Assembly (NCBI GenBank): GCA_032125195.1
Contig: JAQBCN010000064.1
Location: forward strand, 13,501-77,500
Direction of reading: 5' to 3'
Source: Deltaproteobacteria bacterium
GTDB lineage: Bacteria; Desulfobacterota; Deferrimicrobia; Deferrimicrobiales; Deferrimicrobiaceae
Length of the DNA: 64,000 bases
Part shown: piece by piece, positions 43,278 to 53,735 of the stretch
Numbering within the stretch: position 1 is the first letter of the stretch
Layout of the letters: each line of letters starts with the position of its first letter
Program-made: the position numbers and the translations under genes
The notes under the pieces: generated by a model
Told to the model about the DNA's origin: nothing
The model's database searches: none
The model's input: only the letters and a program-made list of their open reading frames with translations

Positions 43278-44328
43278 TGCGTTTCTCTCCCTCTGTCCCG
43301 ACGGTGCCGTCTCCTTCGTCGGGACCAGGGAGGGTCTCGAGGCGAGGGCCGTTCCCGACAGGGGGTTCCCGATCGACTTCGTCCCTTCCGGCCAGGTTCG
43401 AGGGAAGGGGATCGGGGCCCTTCCGGGCGCCCTCCGGATGGCGCTCGGGTTTCCCTCGGCGATGGCGGTCTTGAGGCGCCGCCGCCCGGACCTGGTCTTC
43501 GGCGTGGGGGGATACGCCTCGGTGCCGGTCGCGCTTTCCGCCGCGCTCCTGGGCATTCCGCTGTTCCTGCAGGAGCAGAACAGCGTGCCCGGCCGTTCGA
43601 ACCGGCTCCTGGCGCGGCGTGCGATCCGGGTGTTCGCGGGCTTTTCGGGCGCGGTCCCCTACTTCCCGCCGGGTCGGGCGGAGGTCACGGGGAACCCGGT
43701 CCGCGAGGAGATCGTCGCGGCGGCGCGAAGGTGCGGGCGGGAAGGCCCCCCGGAGAGCCCGTTCACTGTGCTGGCGCTGGGAGGCTCGCAGGGGGCGCGG
43801 GCGATCAACACCCGGGTGCTGGGGATGGCCCGGAGAGCAAAGCGGGAGGAGACGCCGATCCGGTTTCTGCTGCAGACGGGGACGCGGGAGCACGAGGCGG
43901 TGGCGCGATCGGCGCGGGAGGAGGCCCTCCCGGTGGAGCCGTTCCCGTTCACGGAACGGATCGGGGATTGGTTCCCGCGCTGCCACGCCGTGCTGATGCG
44001 CGCCGGAGCCCTTTCCATCGCGGAGGCGGCGCTCTTCGGACGTCCGTGCGTGCTCGTTCCGTACCCGTTGGCGGCGGACGACCACCAGGCGGGGAACGCG
44101 AGGGAGTTCTGCGCTTCCGGCGCCGGAGCGTGGCTGCCGGAGAGCGAAGCGACCGAGGAGGCGCTCTGGTCGACGCTGTGGAGTCTCGGCGGCGATCGGG
44201 TCGCGCGGGAGCGCGCGGGAGCGGCGGCGGTTTCCTTCTCCCGTCCCTTTGCTTCCGTCGATGCGGTCCGCGCGGCGTTGCGCCTGTCCGGGAACGTCTC
44301 CGGGGAGGAGGGAGGCCCGGATGTATAG
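43201..44328 (+). CDS. murG: Lipid II synthase (UDP-GlcNAc:MurNAc-pentapeptide GlcNAc transferase)
   Basis: [14 protein letters not shown] and the C-terminal G-loop ALGGSQGA. An alternative ATG is at 43219. Confidence 0.93.
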   Translation: MALPLRMIVAGGGTGGHVFPGIALADAFLSLCPDGAVSFVGTREGLEARAVPDRGFPIDFVPSGQVRGKGIGALPGALRMALGFPSAMAVLRRRRPDLVFGVGGYASVPVALSAALLGIPLFLQEQNSVPGRSNRLLARRAIRVFAGFSGAVPYFPPGRAEVTGNPVREEIVAAARRCGREGPPESPFTVLALGGSQGARAINTRVLGMARRAKREETPIRFLLQTGTREHEAVARSAREEALPVEPFPFTERIGDWFPRCHAVLMRAGALSIAEAALFGRPCVLVPYPLAADDHQAGNAREFCASGAGAWLPESEATEEALWSTLWSLGGDRVARERAGAAAVSFSRPFASVDAVRAALRLSGNVSGEEGGPDV

Positions 44329-45688
44329 GAAGGGACTCTCCATCCACTTCGTCGGGATCGGCGGCATCGGGATGAGCGGGATCGCGGAACTGCTCCTGAA
44401 TCTCGGGTACCGGGTGTCCGGGTCCGACCTGCGCCGCTCCGACACGACGGAGCGGCTCGAGCGGCTCGGGGCGGAGGTGCGGACGGGACACTCCGCCTCG
44501 AACATCCCCCTCGACGGCCACGTCGTGGTCGTCTCCTCGGCGGTCCGGTCCGACAACCCCGAGGTCCTCGAGGCGCACCGCCGGAAGATTCCCGTGATCC
44601 CGCGGGCCGAAATGCTGGCGGAGTTGATGCGGATGAAGTACGGCATCGCGATCGCCGGGACGCACGGGAAGACGACGACGACCTCGATGGTCGCCACCGT
44701 GCTCGCGACGGCCGGCTGGGACCCGACGGCGGTCGTCGGTGGGAAGCTGAACAGCCTCGGATCCAACGCGAAGCTGGGGCAAGGGGAGTTCCTTGTCGCG
44801 GAGGCGGACGAGAGCGACGGCTCGTTCCTGAAACTCTCTCCCACCGTGGCGGTGGTCACCAACATCGACCCGGAGCACCTGGATTTCTACTCGGGGATCG
44901 GGCAGATCAAGGAGACGTTCCTCCACTTCATCAACAAAGTCCCCTTCTACGGGTTCTCGGTCCTGTGCATCGACCACCCCAATGTCCAGGAGTTGATCCC
45001 CTCCGTGGAGAAGACCTTCGTAACCTACGGGTTCTCCCGGTCCGCGGACTACCGTGCGGAAGAGGTGGTCGCGACCGGGATGACGAACCGGTTTGCCGTC
45101 TTCGCGAAGGGCGAGCGGCTCGGCGAGGTCCTCCTCCGGGCGCCCGGCCGCCACAACGTCAGCAACGCCCTGGCGGCGGCGGCGGTCGCCCTGGAACTCG
45201 GGATCCCGTTCGACCGGGTGCGGGAGGGACTGTCCGCGTACGCCGGAGTGGGGCGGCGCTTCCAGGTGAAGGGGGAGATCGACGGCGTCACGGTGGTGGA
45301 CGATTACGGTCACCACCCCGTGGAGGTCCGGGCGACGCTTGCCGCGGCGCGGGAGGTCTGGCCCGACCGGCGCATCCTCGTCGGATTTCAGCCGCACCGG
45401 TACTCGCGAACACGTGCGCTGTTCAAGGAGTTCCTCTCGGCGTTCCAGGATGCGGACGTACTGCTCGTCTTCGAGGTGTACTCCGCGGGAGAGGAGCCGA
45501 TCGAGGGAGCCACCGGCGAAGCGTTGTGCTCCGCAGTTCGGGATCACGGGCACCGGGAGGCCTTTTATCTCGGCAAATCCACGGAAGCGGGAGAGGCGGT
45601 TCGCGCCACCCTGCGACCGGGTGACATCTTTCTGACGATGGGGGCCGGCGATGTCTGGAAACTGGGCGAAAGCCTGCTCCCGCGGTAG
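44321..45688 (+). CDS. murC: UDP-MurNAc:L-Ala ligase
   Basis: [15 protein letters not shown] and [11 protein letters not shown]. Confidence 0.93.
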   Translation: MYRKGLSIHFVGIGGIGMSGIAELLLNLGYRVSGSDLRRSDTTERLERLGAEVRTGHSASNIPLDGHVVVVSSAVRSDNPEVLEAHRRKIPVIPRAEMLAELMRMKYGIAIAGTHGKTTTTSMVATVLATAGWDPTAVVGGKLNSLGSNAKLGQGEFLVAEADESDGSFLKLSPTVAVVTNIDPEHLDFYSGIGQIKETFLHFINKVPFYGFSVLCIDHPNVQELIPSVEKTFVTYGFSRSADYRAEEVVATGMTNRFAVFAKGERLGEVLLRAPGRHNVSNALAAAAVALELGIPFDRVREGLSAYAGVGRRFQVKGEIDGVTVVDDYGHHPVEVRATLAAAREVWPDRRILVGFQPHRYSRTRALFKEFLSAFQDADVLLVFEVYSAGEEPIEGATGEALCSAVRDHGHREAFYLGKSTEAGEAVRATLRPGDIFLTMGAGDVWKLGESLLPR

Positions 45689-45719
45689 CGGCGGGAGAGG
45701 CAGGGAGGCTGGAGCGGTC

Positions 45720-46607
45720 GTGCGGACCATCGAGGTCGTGTTCCAGGTGAAGTTGCGGGAGTACACCACCATCGGGATCGGGGGCGCCGCCGATCGGCTG
45801 GTATTTCCAAGGTCGGCGGCGCAGGTCCGGGAGATCGTCCGGGCGGAGGGGCGTTCGGGTCGTCCCGTGAAGGTCCTGGGGGCGGGATCCAACCTCCTGG
45901 TGGCGGACGGCGGTGTGTCGGCGACGGTGCTGTGCACGAAGAAGCACCTCTCCAAGGTGGTGTTCCTCTCCGACGGGTCGGTGGTCGCCGAGGCGGGAGC
46001 GATGCTCCCACGGCTGGCCGTGCTCTGCGCCCTGTCCGGACTCTCGGGGATCGAGTCGCTCTGCGGGATTCCCGGAACGGTGGGCGGCGCGTTGTCGATA
46101 AACGCCGGGGCCTACGGGCAGAGCATCGGGGAACTGACGGAGTGGGTGGAAGTGGTCGACGCCGCGGGGGAGATCCACAGGGTCGAGGCGCGGGCGATCC
46201 GGTTCGGGTACCGGGAGGCGGAATACCCCGTCCAGGGGATTCTGGTGCGGGCCGGGTTCCGGTTCGGGCCCGGGACGCGGGAGGCCGTGTTCGAGCGGAT
46301 GCGCCAGGTCAACGAGAAGCGTCGCGCCAGCCAGCCGTGGGGGGAGAAGACCTTCGGATCCGCGTTTCGCAATCCTCCCGAAGGTTCGGGAAAGGCCAGG
46401 GAGCTGCTTGAGCGGGCGGGGATGAAGGGGGAGCGGGAGGGGGACGCCTGCTTCTCCCTGAAGCACGCCAACTTCCTCGTGAACCGGGGAAACGCCACCG
46501 CGGCGAATGTCCGGCGGCTCCTGTCCCGCGGCCAGAGCGCGGTGCGGGTGTCCTGCGGGATCCTGCTCCTGCCCGAGGTGAAAATGTGGGGGAACTTCGA
46601 TGACTGA
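45720..46607 (+). CDS. murB: UDP-N-acetylenolpyruvoylglucosamine reductase
   Basis: FAD-binding TTIGIGG; C-terminal domain. The GTG near 45717-45720 has a GGAGG Shine-Dalgarno; the alternative ATG 45651 would overlap murC by 38 nt. Confidence 0.88.
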   Translation: MRTIEVVFQVKLREYTTIGIGGAADRLVFPRSAAQVREIVRAEGRSGRPVKVLGAGSNLLVADGGVSATVLCTKKHLSKVVFLSDGSVVAEAGAMLPRLAVLCALSGLSGIESLCGIPGTVGGALSINAGAYGQSIGELTEWVEVVDAAGEIHRVEARAIRFGYREAEYPVQGILVRAGFRFGPGTREAVFERMRQVNEKRRASQPWGEKTFGSAFRNPPEGSGKARELLERAGMKGEREGDACFSLKHANFLVNRGNATAANVRRLLSRGQSAVRVSCGILLLPEVKMWGNFDD

Positions 46608-47529
46608 GCGGTTCGCGTTCGCCGGCAGGAAAGTGGGCGTGTTCCTTGGCGGGGTTTCCGCGGAGCGGGAGGTCTCCCTCCGGACGGGGGCGGCTGCCGC
46701 CGAGGCTCTGCGGCGGCTCGGCTGCGACGTCCGCGAGATCGACCTCCGGGAGGACTGGCTGGGGGCGGTTCGGGGCGCGGGAGTCGACGCCGCGTTCCTC
46801 GCCCTGCACGGCCGGTTCGGGGAGGACGGTTGCATCCAGGCCGCGTGCGAGCTCGCCCGGCTTCCGTACACGGGGTCCGGGGTGGCGGCCTCGGCCATCG
46901 CGATGAGCAAGGTGCTGGGGAAGCGGGTCGCGGCCTCGGCGGGCGTGCCGTGCCCGCCCGACGCGGTCTACGAGGGGGCGGATCGCTCGGGGGCGAAACC
47001 GCCAGATTTCGGCTTCCCCCTCGTGGTGAAGCCCGACAGGGAAGGATCCACCGTGGGCATCACGATCGTCCGCGGCCCGGACCAGTGGGAAGCGGCGCTT
47101 GCCGAGGCGGCCAGGCACGACAGCCGCATACTGGCGGAGGGATTCATCCCCGGACGGGAGATCACCGTCGGGATCCTGAACGGGAAGGTCCTCCCCGCGA
47201 TCGAGATCGTTCCGAAGTCCGGCTTCTACGACTACGAGTCCAAGTACACCGCGGGCCGGACGGAGTATGTGATCCCGGTTCCGATGGACCGGGACATCCT
47301 TCTCCGCGCCGCGGAGTACACGCGGCGCGCCGCGCGGGCGATGGGGCTGCGAGGGGCCGCGCGGCTCGATTATCGCGTTGATCCGGCGGGAAACGTCTTC
47401 TTCCTCGAGGCGAACACGATCCCGGGGATGACCGAGACGAGCCTCCTTCCCAAGGCGGCGAAGTTCGACGGTCTCTCCTTCGACGATCTCGTTGCCGCCA
47501 TCCTTTCCGACGCGGGGCTTGGAAAATAG
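46600..47529 (+). CDS. ddl: D-alanine--D-alanine ligase
   Basis: ATP-grasp motifs; FFLEANTIPGMT. Confidence 0.93.
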   Translation: MTERFAFAGRKVGVFLGGVSAEREVSLRTGAAAAEALRRLGCDVREIDLREDWLGAVRGAGVDAAFLALHGRFGEDGCIQAACELARLPYTGSGVAASAIAMSKVLGKRVAASAGVPCPPDAVYEGADRSGAKPPDFGFPLVVKPDREGSTVGITIVRGPDQWEAALAEAARHDSRILAEGFIPGREITVGILNGKVLPAIEIVPKSGFYDYESKYTAGRTEYVIPVPMDRDILLRAAEYTRRAARAMGLRGAARLDYRVDPAGNVFFLEANTIPGMTETSLLPKAAKFDGLSFDDLVAAILSDAGLGK

Positions 47530-48375
47530 ATGATCGAGTACCGCGCATACCACAAGACCCGCCCGGCAAAGCGGGGAAGCGGCGAGCGCGCCGTGCGGAA
47601 GAAGGACAAGGCCCGGGCAGGGGCGCCGAAGCCGTCGCGAAAACGCCTGCGCGTGATCGCGTGGATCGCCGCCGGCCTGTTCGCCGTCGGGTCCACCGGC
47701 GTGGCGTTCGCCTCCGCATACTCGTGGATCACGCGGTCACCGCTCTTCACGGTGCGCACGGTCGACATGAACCGGTGTGCGAACGTCTCTCTCGAGGAAG
47801 TGTGGGCGATCGTCCGCGGGGGCAGGTCGGGCATCCTCTGGTCCGTTCCATCGAATGAGATCGCGCGGCGTCTGTCCGCGCACCCCTGGGTACGCTTCGT
47901 CTCGGTCCGCAAGTCCTTTCCGGACCGCCTGGTGGTGAGGATCCGGGAGCGCACGCCGGTCGCCATGGTGAACCTGGATGTCCTCCACTATCTGGACGAG
48001 GAGGGTCGCCCGTTCAAGCGGTTGACCGCGTACGACCCGAAGAACCTCGCCATCGTCACGGGATTTTCGCGGGAGGAGCTCCTCCGGAAGGACCCGATCA
48101 CGCTGCGGAATCTTCAGAAGACGCTCGACCTGCTGCGGGGCGTCGAAGCGGGCTCGCTTCGCCAGAACGTGTCCGAGGTTCATTTCGACCCACAGGACGG
48201 CTACACGGTGGTGACCCGGGACGCCGGGTTGCAGCTGAAGGTCGGAACGATGGACGTCAAGGAGGCGATTCGCCGGATCGAGACGGCCATGCCCAGGATA
48301 TCGGGGATGGCCCGGCCTTCCGGGATCGCCGATCTCAAGACAGAGGGCCGCGTCTTCATGCGGCCGGGGGAGTGA
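47530..48375 (+). CDS. ftsQ: Cell division protein FtsQ/DivIB
   Basis: Basic N-terminus, single TM helix, and POTRA domain. Confidence 0.85.
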   Translation: MIEYRAYHKTRPAKRGSGERAVRKKDKARAGAPKPSRKRLRVIAWIAAGLFAVGSTGVAFASAYSWITRSPLFTVRTVDMNRCANVSLEEVWAIVRGGRSGILWSVPSNEIARRLSAHPWVRFVSVRKSFPDRLVVRIRERTPVAMVNLDVLHYLDEEGRPFKRLTAYDPKNLAIVTGFSREELLRKDPITLRNLQKTLDLLRGVEAGSLRQNVSEVHFDPQDGYTVVTRDAGLQLKVGTMDVKEAIRRIETAMPRISGMARPSGIADLKTEGRVFMRPGE

Positions 48376-49608
48376 ATGGACACGAAAATGAATGATCAGG
48401 TGATCGCGGGGCTGGACGTCGGGTCGAGCCAGGTGACCACGGTCCTCGGGAGGAAGACGCCGGACGGCGTGGAGATCCTCGGGATGGGGGAGTGCCCCAC
48501 GGAGGGGATGCGCCGGGGGGCCGTGGTGAACGTAGACGCCACAGTGAAGTCGATCCGGCAGAGCGTCACGGAGGCGGAGCGGATGACCGGGCTGACCGTC
48601 GAATCGGTCTTCGTCGGGATCTCCGGACCGCTCATCAAGTCGTTCAACAGCCACGCGGCCATCTCGGTGAAGAACGAGCATGAGGTCACCGACGCCGACT
48701 TCACGCGGGTCCTCGAGATCGCCCGCACGGTGGAGCTTCCCAACGACCGGGAGATCCTGCACGTCCTGACGCAGGAGTTCATCGTCGACGACATGGCAGG
48801 GATCAAGGACCCCCGGGGAATGACCGGCATCCGTCTCGACGCGCGCGTGCACGTCGTGACCAACGACGTTCCTGGGGCGCGAAACCTGGCCCGGTGCGTG
48901 GAGAAGGCGGACCTCGAGGTGGAAAGCTTCGTTCTCTCCCCCCTGGCGTCGGCCGAGGCGGTGCTCACCCCGGAGGAGCGCGAGGTCGGCGTGGCGCTGA
49001 TGGATTTCGGCAGCGGGACCGTCGAGATCGTGATCTTCTTCAACGGATCCCTCCGGCACACGTTCGTCCTGCCTCTCGGAGGAAGCAGCATCACCTCCGA
49101 CATCGCGATCGGGCTGAAGCTTCCCCATTCGGACGCGGAGATCCTGAAGGTCTCCTCGGGATGCGCGATGATCCAGAAGGTGCGCCGGGACGAACTGGTG
49201 GAATTGCCGGGAGTGGGCGGGCGGCTTCCCCGTCCGATCCGCCGGCAGTACCTCAGCGAGATCATAGAACCGCGCGCGGAAGAGATCTTCACCCTTCTTA
49301 GGAAGGAGATCCTCCGGTCCGGCTACGAGGAAAACCTCGGGGCAGGAATGGTGCTCACCGGGGGCGGGTCGAAGCTGGAGGGCCTCACCGACCTCGGGGA
49401 GCGGGTGTTCAAGCTCCCCTTCCGGAGGGGGAACCCGATCGGTATCGGAGGATTGGTCGAAGTCGTGAACGGCCCCGCGTTCGCCACATCGGTCGGGTTG
49501 GTCCAGTACGGCGCGGGCGCATCGGAGAGGGTCTATCGGTCGGCGGAGGCCCCGGGAAGCGGCGGGGTGATCGACCGGTTCAAGCGCTACCTGTCGGAAT
49601 TTTTCTGA
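48376..49608 (+). CDS. ftsA: Cell division protein FtsA
   Basis: Actin-like fold: GLDVGSS and VLTGGGS. Confidence 0.93.
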   Translation: MDTKMNDQVIAGLDVGSSQVTTVLGRKTPDGVEILGMGECPTEGMRRGAVVNVDATVKSIRQSVTEAERMTGLTVESVFVGISGPLIKSFNSHAAISVKNEHEVTDADFTRVLEIARTVELPNDREILHVLTQEFIVDDMAGIKDPRGMTGIRLDARVHVVTNDVPGARNLARCVEKADLEVESFVLSPLASAEAVLTPEEREVGVALMDFGSGTVEIVIFFNGSLRHTFVLPLGGSSITSDIAIGLKLPHSDAEILKVSSGCAMIQKVRRDELVELPGVGGRLPRPIRRQYLSEIIEPRAEEIFTLLRKEILRSGYEENLGAGMVLTGGGSKLEGLTDLGERVFKLPFRRGNPIGIGGLVEVVNGPAFATSVGLVQYGAGASERVYRSAEAPGSGGVIDRFKRYLSEFF

Positions 49609-49637
49609 TACGGAAACCCGGAAAAAAGGAGGATCGG

Positions 49638-50840
49638 ATGGCCAGAACGGAGCAGGAGGCAAGGGGGAACCGGAGGTTCACGATCGTCGAGGAGAACCGT
49701 TGTCACGCCGTCATCAAGGTGTTCGGCGTGGGCGGCGGCGGCGGAAACGCCATCAACACCATGATCGAGGAAGGGTTGCAGGGCGTCGAGTTCATCGCCG
49801 CGAACACCGATGCGCAGGCGCTGTCGCGGAGCCTTGCGCCTCTCAAGCTCCAGCTGGGGGCACGGCTGACGAAGGGGCTCGGCGCGGGCGCCAATCCCGA
49901 CATCGGCCGCCAGGCCGCCCTCGAGGACCGGGACCTGATCCGGGAAGCCCTCACCGGCGCGGACATGGTGTTCATCACGGCGGGGCTTGGCGGCGGCACG
50001 GGAACCGGCGGCGGGCCGGTGGTCGCCGAGGTGGCGAGGGAGATCGGGGCGCTCACGGTGGCGGTCGTGACGCGGCCGTTCTCCTTCGAGGGACTCACCC
50101 GGAAGCGGCAGGCGGACGGGGGGACGAAGGAGCTGCGAAGCCTCGTGGACACGATCATCGTCATCCCGAACGAGAAACTGCTCCTGATCGCCGGGAAGGA
50201 CATGCGCTTCATCGAGGCGTTCCGCAAGGTGGACGACGTTCTTTTCCAGGCGGTCCGGGGGATCTCCGAACTGGTCACGAAGCCCGGCTACATCAACCTC
50301 GATTTCGCCGACGTGAAGACGATCATGTCGGGGATGGGAGTGGCGTTGATGGGGACGGGGTCGGCCTCGGGCCAGAACCGGGCGGTCGCCGCCGCGGAGA
50401 AGGCGATCTCGAGCCCGCTCCTCGAGGATGTCTCGATCCGCGGAGCCCGCGGTGTCCTCATCAATATCACCGCCGGGGCGTCCCTCTCCCTGAGCGAGGT
50501 GAACGACGCGGCGAGCCTGGTCCGCGAGGAGGCTTCCGACGAGGCGAATATCATCTTCGGCACGGTGATCGACGAAACGCTGGGGGACGAACTGAAGGTC
50601 ACGGTGGTCGCGACGGGATTCGAGCCGGGCGTCACCGAGGGAGCGTGGAGGAATCCGAGGAAGGGGATCAAGCTTGTAAGCCGGGCCGACGATCTGCAGA
50701 CCCCCGCGTTCATGCGGGCCTCCGCGCCGAAGACGTTCGAGGAACGCCTGGAGGACCTTCCCCTGATCGACAAGGAGACGGAGATCGAGTCGCTCGACGA
50801 GTTCGAGATTCCGACGTTCCTTCGTCGGCGGGTGGAGTAG
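49638..50840 (+). CDS. ftsZ: Cell division GTPase FtsZ
   Basis: Tubulin signature GGGTGTGG; the C-terminal conserved peptide [12 protein letters not shown]. Confidence 0.97.
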   Translation: MARTEQEARGNRRFTIVEENRCHAVIKVFGVGGGGGNAINTMIEEGLQGVEFIAANTDAQALSRSLAPLKLQLGARLTKGLGAGANPDIGRQAALEDRDLIREALTGADMVFITAGLGGGTGTGGGPVVAEVAREIGALTVAVVTRPFSFEGLTRKRQADGGTKELRSLVDTIIVIPNEKLLLIAGKDMRFIEAFRKVDDVLFQAVRGISELVTKPGYINLDFADVKTIMSGMGVALMGTGSASGQNRAVAAAEKAISSPLLEDVSIRGARGVLINITAGASLSLSEVNDAASLVREEASDEANIIFGTVIDETLGDELKVTVVATGFEPGVTEGAWRNPRKGIKLVSRADDLQTPAFMRASAPKTFEERLEDLPLIDKETEIESLDEFEIPTFLRRRVE

Positions 50841-50854
50841 CCGGCGGGGGAATC

Positions 50855-52579
50855 GTGGGAAGGCCGCGCCGCGGGGGCGCCGGGCCCGCAAACGAGATCT
50901 TCTCCACGCGCAAGGATTGGGGAGCCGGAATCCGCGTCGCGCTCGTCTACCCCAACCGGTACGCCGCGGGGATGTCGAACCTCGGGTTCCTCCTGATCTA
51001 CGCCCGGATCAACGCGCGTCCGGACGCCCTTTGCGAGCGGGCCTTCCTTGCGGGAGACGGGCGTAGGCGCGCCCCGCCGCGGGGGCCGGGGGCCGGTTCC
51101 GCGAATACGCCCACCGAGGGGAGGACGCTCGAGAGCGGGCGCCCCCTTTCCTCGTTCGACGTCATCGCCATCTCCCTCTCCTATGAAAACGACCTTCTGA
51201 ACGTCCCCGCGATCCTCGCCGCGGGCGGGATTCCCCCCTTCCGGGAGGATCGAGGCGCCTCCGGCGCCCGGTACCCTCTCGTGGTCGCCGGCGGGTTCGC
51301 CGCGTCGCTCAATCCGGAGCCGGTCGGGGTCTTCGCCGATGCCGTGGTCGTGGGCGACGGGGAGCGCGCGGTGGACCTCCTCCTGGACCATGGACCCGGG
51401 TCGGCGGGGGATTCCGGATACCGAAGGGAACTCTCCGCGATCCCGGGGATGTACGTCCCCGGGGGGTATCGGCCGGAATACGAGGAACCGTCTCCCGCGG
51501 AGCGGACCTCCGGCCGACTCCCCGCCCTTCGGACGATCGAACCGCTCCCGGGATTCCCCGCCCGCGTCACGCGCGAGGTTCTCGATCTTCGCTCCCTGTC
51601 TCCGTCTCCGCCCGTCATCCTGTCGGACGAGACGGAGCTGGGCAGGATGTCCCTCGTCGAGACTTCCCGCGGCTGCCCGGGGATGTGCGGTTTCTGCGCC
51701 GCGGCCCACGCCTGCCCCTCCTTCCGGGAGTTTCCCATCGACCGCGTGCGCGCGGCCGTCGACGCGGCGTGGCCCCACCGCAGAAAGGTGGGGCTCATCG
51801 GTGCCGCGGTCCTCGACTGGGGTCCGTTCCGGGAGCTGGCGCGCGAGATCCTCGAGCGCGGCGGGACGGTTTCGCCGGCTTCCGTCCGCGCGGACCTCGT
51901 GGACGGCGAGATCGCGGAGATTCTCGCCCGGAGCGGACACCGCACGGTGGCGCTGGCGCCGGAGTGCGGCGATGCCCGGCTGCGCGCGCGGGTCGGAAAG
52001 CGGGTGTCGGACGAGGCGTTCTTCACCGCCGCGGAGGTCCTGGCCCGTTCGGGGATCGTCTCGTTCAAGCTGTATTTCCTGCTCGGCCTTCCGGGGGTGT
52101 CGCGGGAGGAAGAGGTCGGGGGGATCGCGAGGTTCCTCGGGACCTTCCGGGAGCGCGTTCTCGAGGTCGCGCGCGGGATCGGCCGGATGGGCGTCGTGAC
52201 GGCGGTGCTCTCCCCCTTCGTTCCCAAGCCGTTCACTCCGCTGCAGTGGGCTTCGATGATACCGGAGGAGGAGCTGAAGTCGCGGGAGAAGGGTGTGGGC
52301 GCCGTCGTCCGGGCGGTCCCCAACGTACGGATTTCCGCTTCGACACCGTGGGATGCGTTCGTGCAGGGGTACCTCGGGCTTTCCGATCGCCGGGTGTCCG
52401 CCAGCCTGCGGACGGCGCGCCCGGGAAAACTCCTGCGCTCCGCGCCCGGGTTGGCCGGGGCGATGTCGTCCGTCGTCTTCCGGGAGAAAGGTGCCGGGGA
52501 GTTCTTCCCCTGGGAGGTGATCGACGGTGGCCTGCGAAGGGGCGCGCTGCGCGCCCGCTACGAGGCCTTCTTCGGGTAG
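50855..52579 (+). CDS. Radical SAM protein with an N-terminal B12-binding-like domain
   Basis: CPGMCGFC is a CxxxCxxC cluster motif. The N-terminal Rossmann-like segment reads IRVALVYPNRYAAGMSNLGFLLIYA...PLVVAGGFAA. The GTG start is 15 nt after the ftsZ stop and follows a GGGGGA Shine-Dalgarno. Confidence 0.8.
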   Translation: MGRPRRGGAGPANEIFSTRKDWGAGIRVALVYPNRYAAGMSNLGFLLIYARINARPDALCERAFLAGDGRRRAPPRGPGAGSANTPTEGRTLESGRPLSSFDVIAISLSYENDLLNVPAILAAGGIPPFREDRGASGARYPLVVAGGFAASLNPEPVGVFADAVVVGDGERAVDLLLDHGPGSAGDSGYRRELSAIPGMYVPGGYRPEYEEPSPAERTSGRLPALRTIEPLPGFPARVTREVLDLRSLSPSPPVILSDETELGRMSLVETSRGCPGMCGFCAAAHACPSFREFPIDRVRAAVDAAWPHRRKVGLIGAAVLDWGPFRELAREILERGGTVSPASVRADLVDGEIAEILARSGHRTVALAPECGDARLRARVGKRVSDEAFFTAAEVLARSGIVSFKLYFLLGLPGVSREEEVGGIARFLGTFRERVLEVARGIGRMGVVTAVLSPFVPKPFTPLQWASMIPEEELKSREKGVGAVVRAVPNVRISASTPWDAFVQGYLGLSDRRVSASLRTARPGKLLRSAPGLAGAMSSVVFREKGAGEFFPWEVIDGGLRRGALRARYEAFFG

Positions 52580-52583
52580 CGCG

Positions 52584-52985
52584 TCAGCCCGCCGAGACCC
52601 GCACCATCACGTTCCGGGTGCGTGGGCCGTCGAAGTCGCACAGGAAGATCGACTGCCAGGTTCCGAGCACAAGCTGGCCGGCCTCGACAAACATGGAAAC
52701 GCTCGATCCGACGAGGCTGGACTTGATGTGGGCGTGGGAATTCCCCTCGGTGTGGAGGTACGTCGCGTCGGAAGGTGCGACCAGCTCGAGGCGGTTCAGG
52801 ATGTCCCGCCGGACGTTCGGGTCGGCGTTCTCGTTGATGGTGACCGCCGCCGTGGTATGCGGGATGAAGACCCGGCAGACGCCGCTTTTCACGCCACTCT
52901 CCCGCACTACGAGGCGGACCTGCTGGGTGATGTCGACCAGTTGCTGCGCGGTTTCCGTTTTCACGCTGATCGTCTTGAACTTCAT
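52584..52985 (-). CDS. yjbQ: YjbQ/UPF0047-family protein
   Basis: 133 aa, MKFKTISVKTETAQQLVDITQQV...FIPHTTAAVTINEN... Confidence 0.85.
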   Translation of the reverse strand: MKFKTISVKTETAQQLVDITQQVRLVVRESGVKSGVCRVFIPHTTAAVTINENADPNVRRDILNRLELVAPSDATYLHTEGNSHAHIKSSLVGSSVSMFVEAGQLVLGTWQSIFLCDFDGPRTRNVMVRVSAG

Positions 52986-53066
52986 TGAAGAACTCCGTCC
53001 GGGTCCTGAAGTTGCTACCTTTTTATCACGGAGCGCCCCCGGAGGGCAAGGGAGACGCGGGAACGT

Positions 53067-53096
53067 TTGCCGTGACCTACGGGATTCCCATATAAT
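53067..53096 (+). promoter_or_regulatory. Candidate sigma-70 promoter for the maf operon, possibly producing a leaderless mRNA
   Basis: TTGCCG-N18-TATAAT, with the -10 ending about 9 nt before ATG 53106. Confidence 0.5.
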
Positions 53097-53105
53097 GCAT
53101 CTCCG

Positions 53106-53735
53106 ATGGTCCCGTCGGCCCGCATGATCCTCGCCTCCGAGTCACCCCGCCGTCGGGAGCTTCTCGCCGCCGCCGGCGTTCCGTTCCGCGTGGTCCCGTC
53201 GGGGGTCGACGAAGTTCCGCGCCCCGGCGAGTCCCCTTCGGGGTTCGTCCGAAGGGCCGCTCTCGACAAGGGAGAGGCGGTGGCTTCGCTGTACCCGTCG
53301 TCCTTCGTCCTGTCGGCGGACACGATCGTGGTCTCGGACGGCCGGATCCTCGGGAAGCCCCGGAACCGCGCGGAAGCGAGGCGGATGCTCTCGCGCCTCG
53401 CCGGCCGCGAGCACAGGGTGCACACGGCGATCTGCCTCCTTTGCCGGGAGCGCGGCTATCGGGACCTCGGCACGGTGGTGACCCGGGTGCGATTTCGCCC
53501 CCTCACGGCGGCGGAGATCGCCGCCTACGCCCGCACGGGGGAGTGCGACGACAAGGCGGGGGCGTACGCGGCGCAGGGGGCGGGGATGCTTCTCATCGAC
53601 CGTGTGGCGGGGTCGTTCTCGAACGTGGTGGGTCTTCCGATGACCCACGTCGTGGCGATGCTCGCGCGGGCGGGGCTGATCCGTGTCACACGCCGCGGAC
53701 CGTCCTGGTACGCCTTCGCGGGTCGAGCGCGATGA
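53106..53735 (+). CDS. maf: Maf-like nucleoside triphosphate pyrophosphatase
   Basis: MILASESPRRRELL... A second ATG is at 53124. Confidence 0.9.
   Translation: MVPSARMILASESPRRRELLAAAGVPFRVVPSGVDEVPRPGESPSGFVRRAALDKGEAVASLYPSSFVLSADTIVVSDGRILGKPRNRAEARRMLSRLAGREHRVHTAICLLCRERGYRDLGTVVTRVRFRPLTAAEIAAYARTGECDDKAGAYAAQGAGMLLIDRVAGSFSNVVGLPMTHVVAMLARAGLIRVTRRGPSWYAFAGRAR

Noticed and set aside
49700-52579. 959-aa + strand ORF, taken as a single gene
   Set aside because: The first ~385 codons are an alternate frame inside ftsZ (Arg/Gly-rich nonsense). Only the portion from GTG 50855 onward is the real radical SAM gene.
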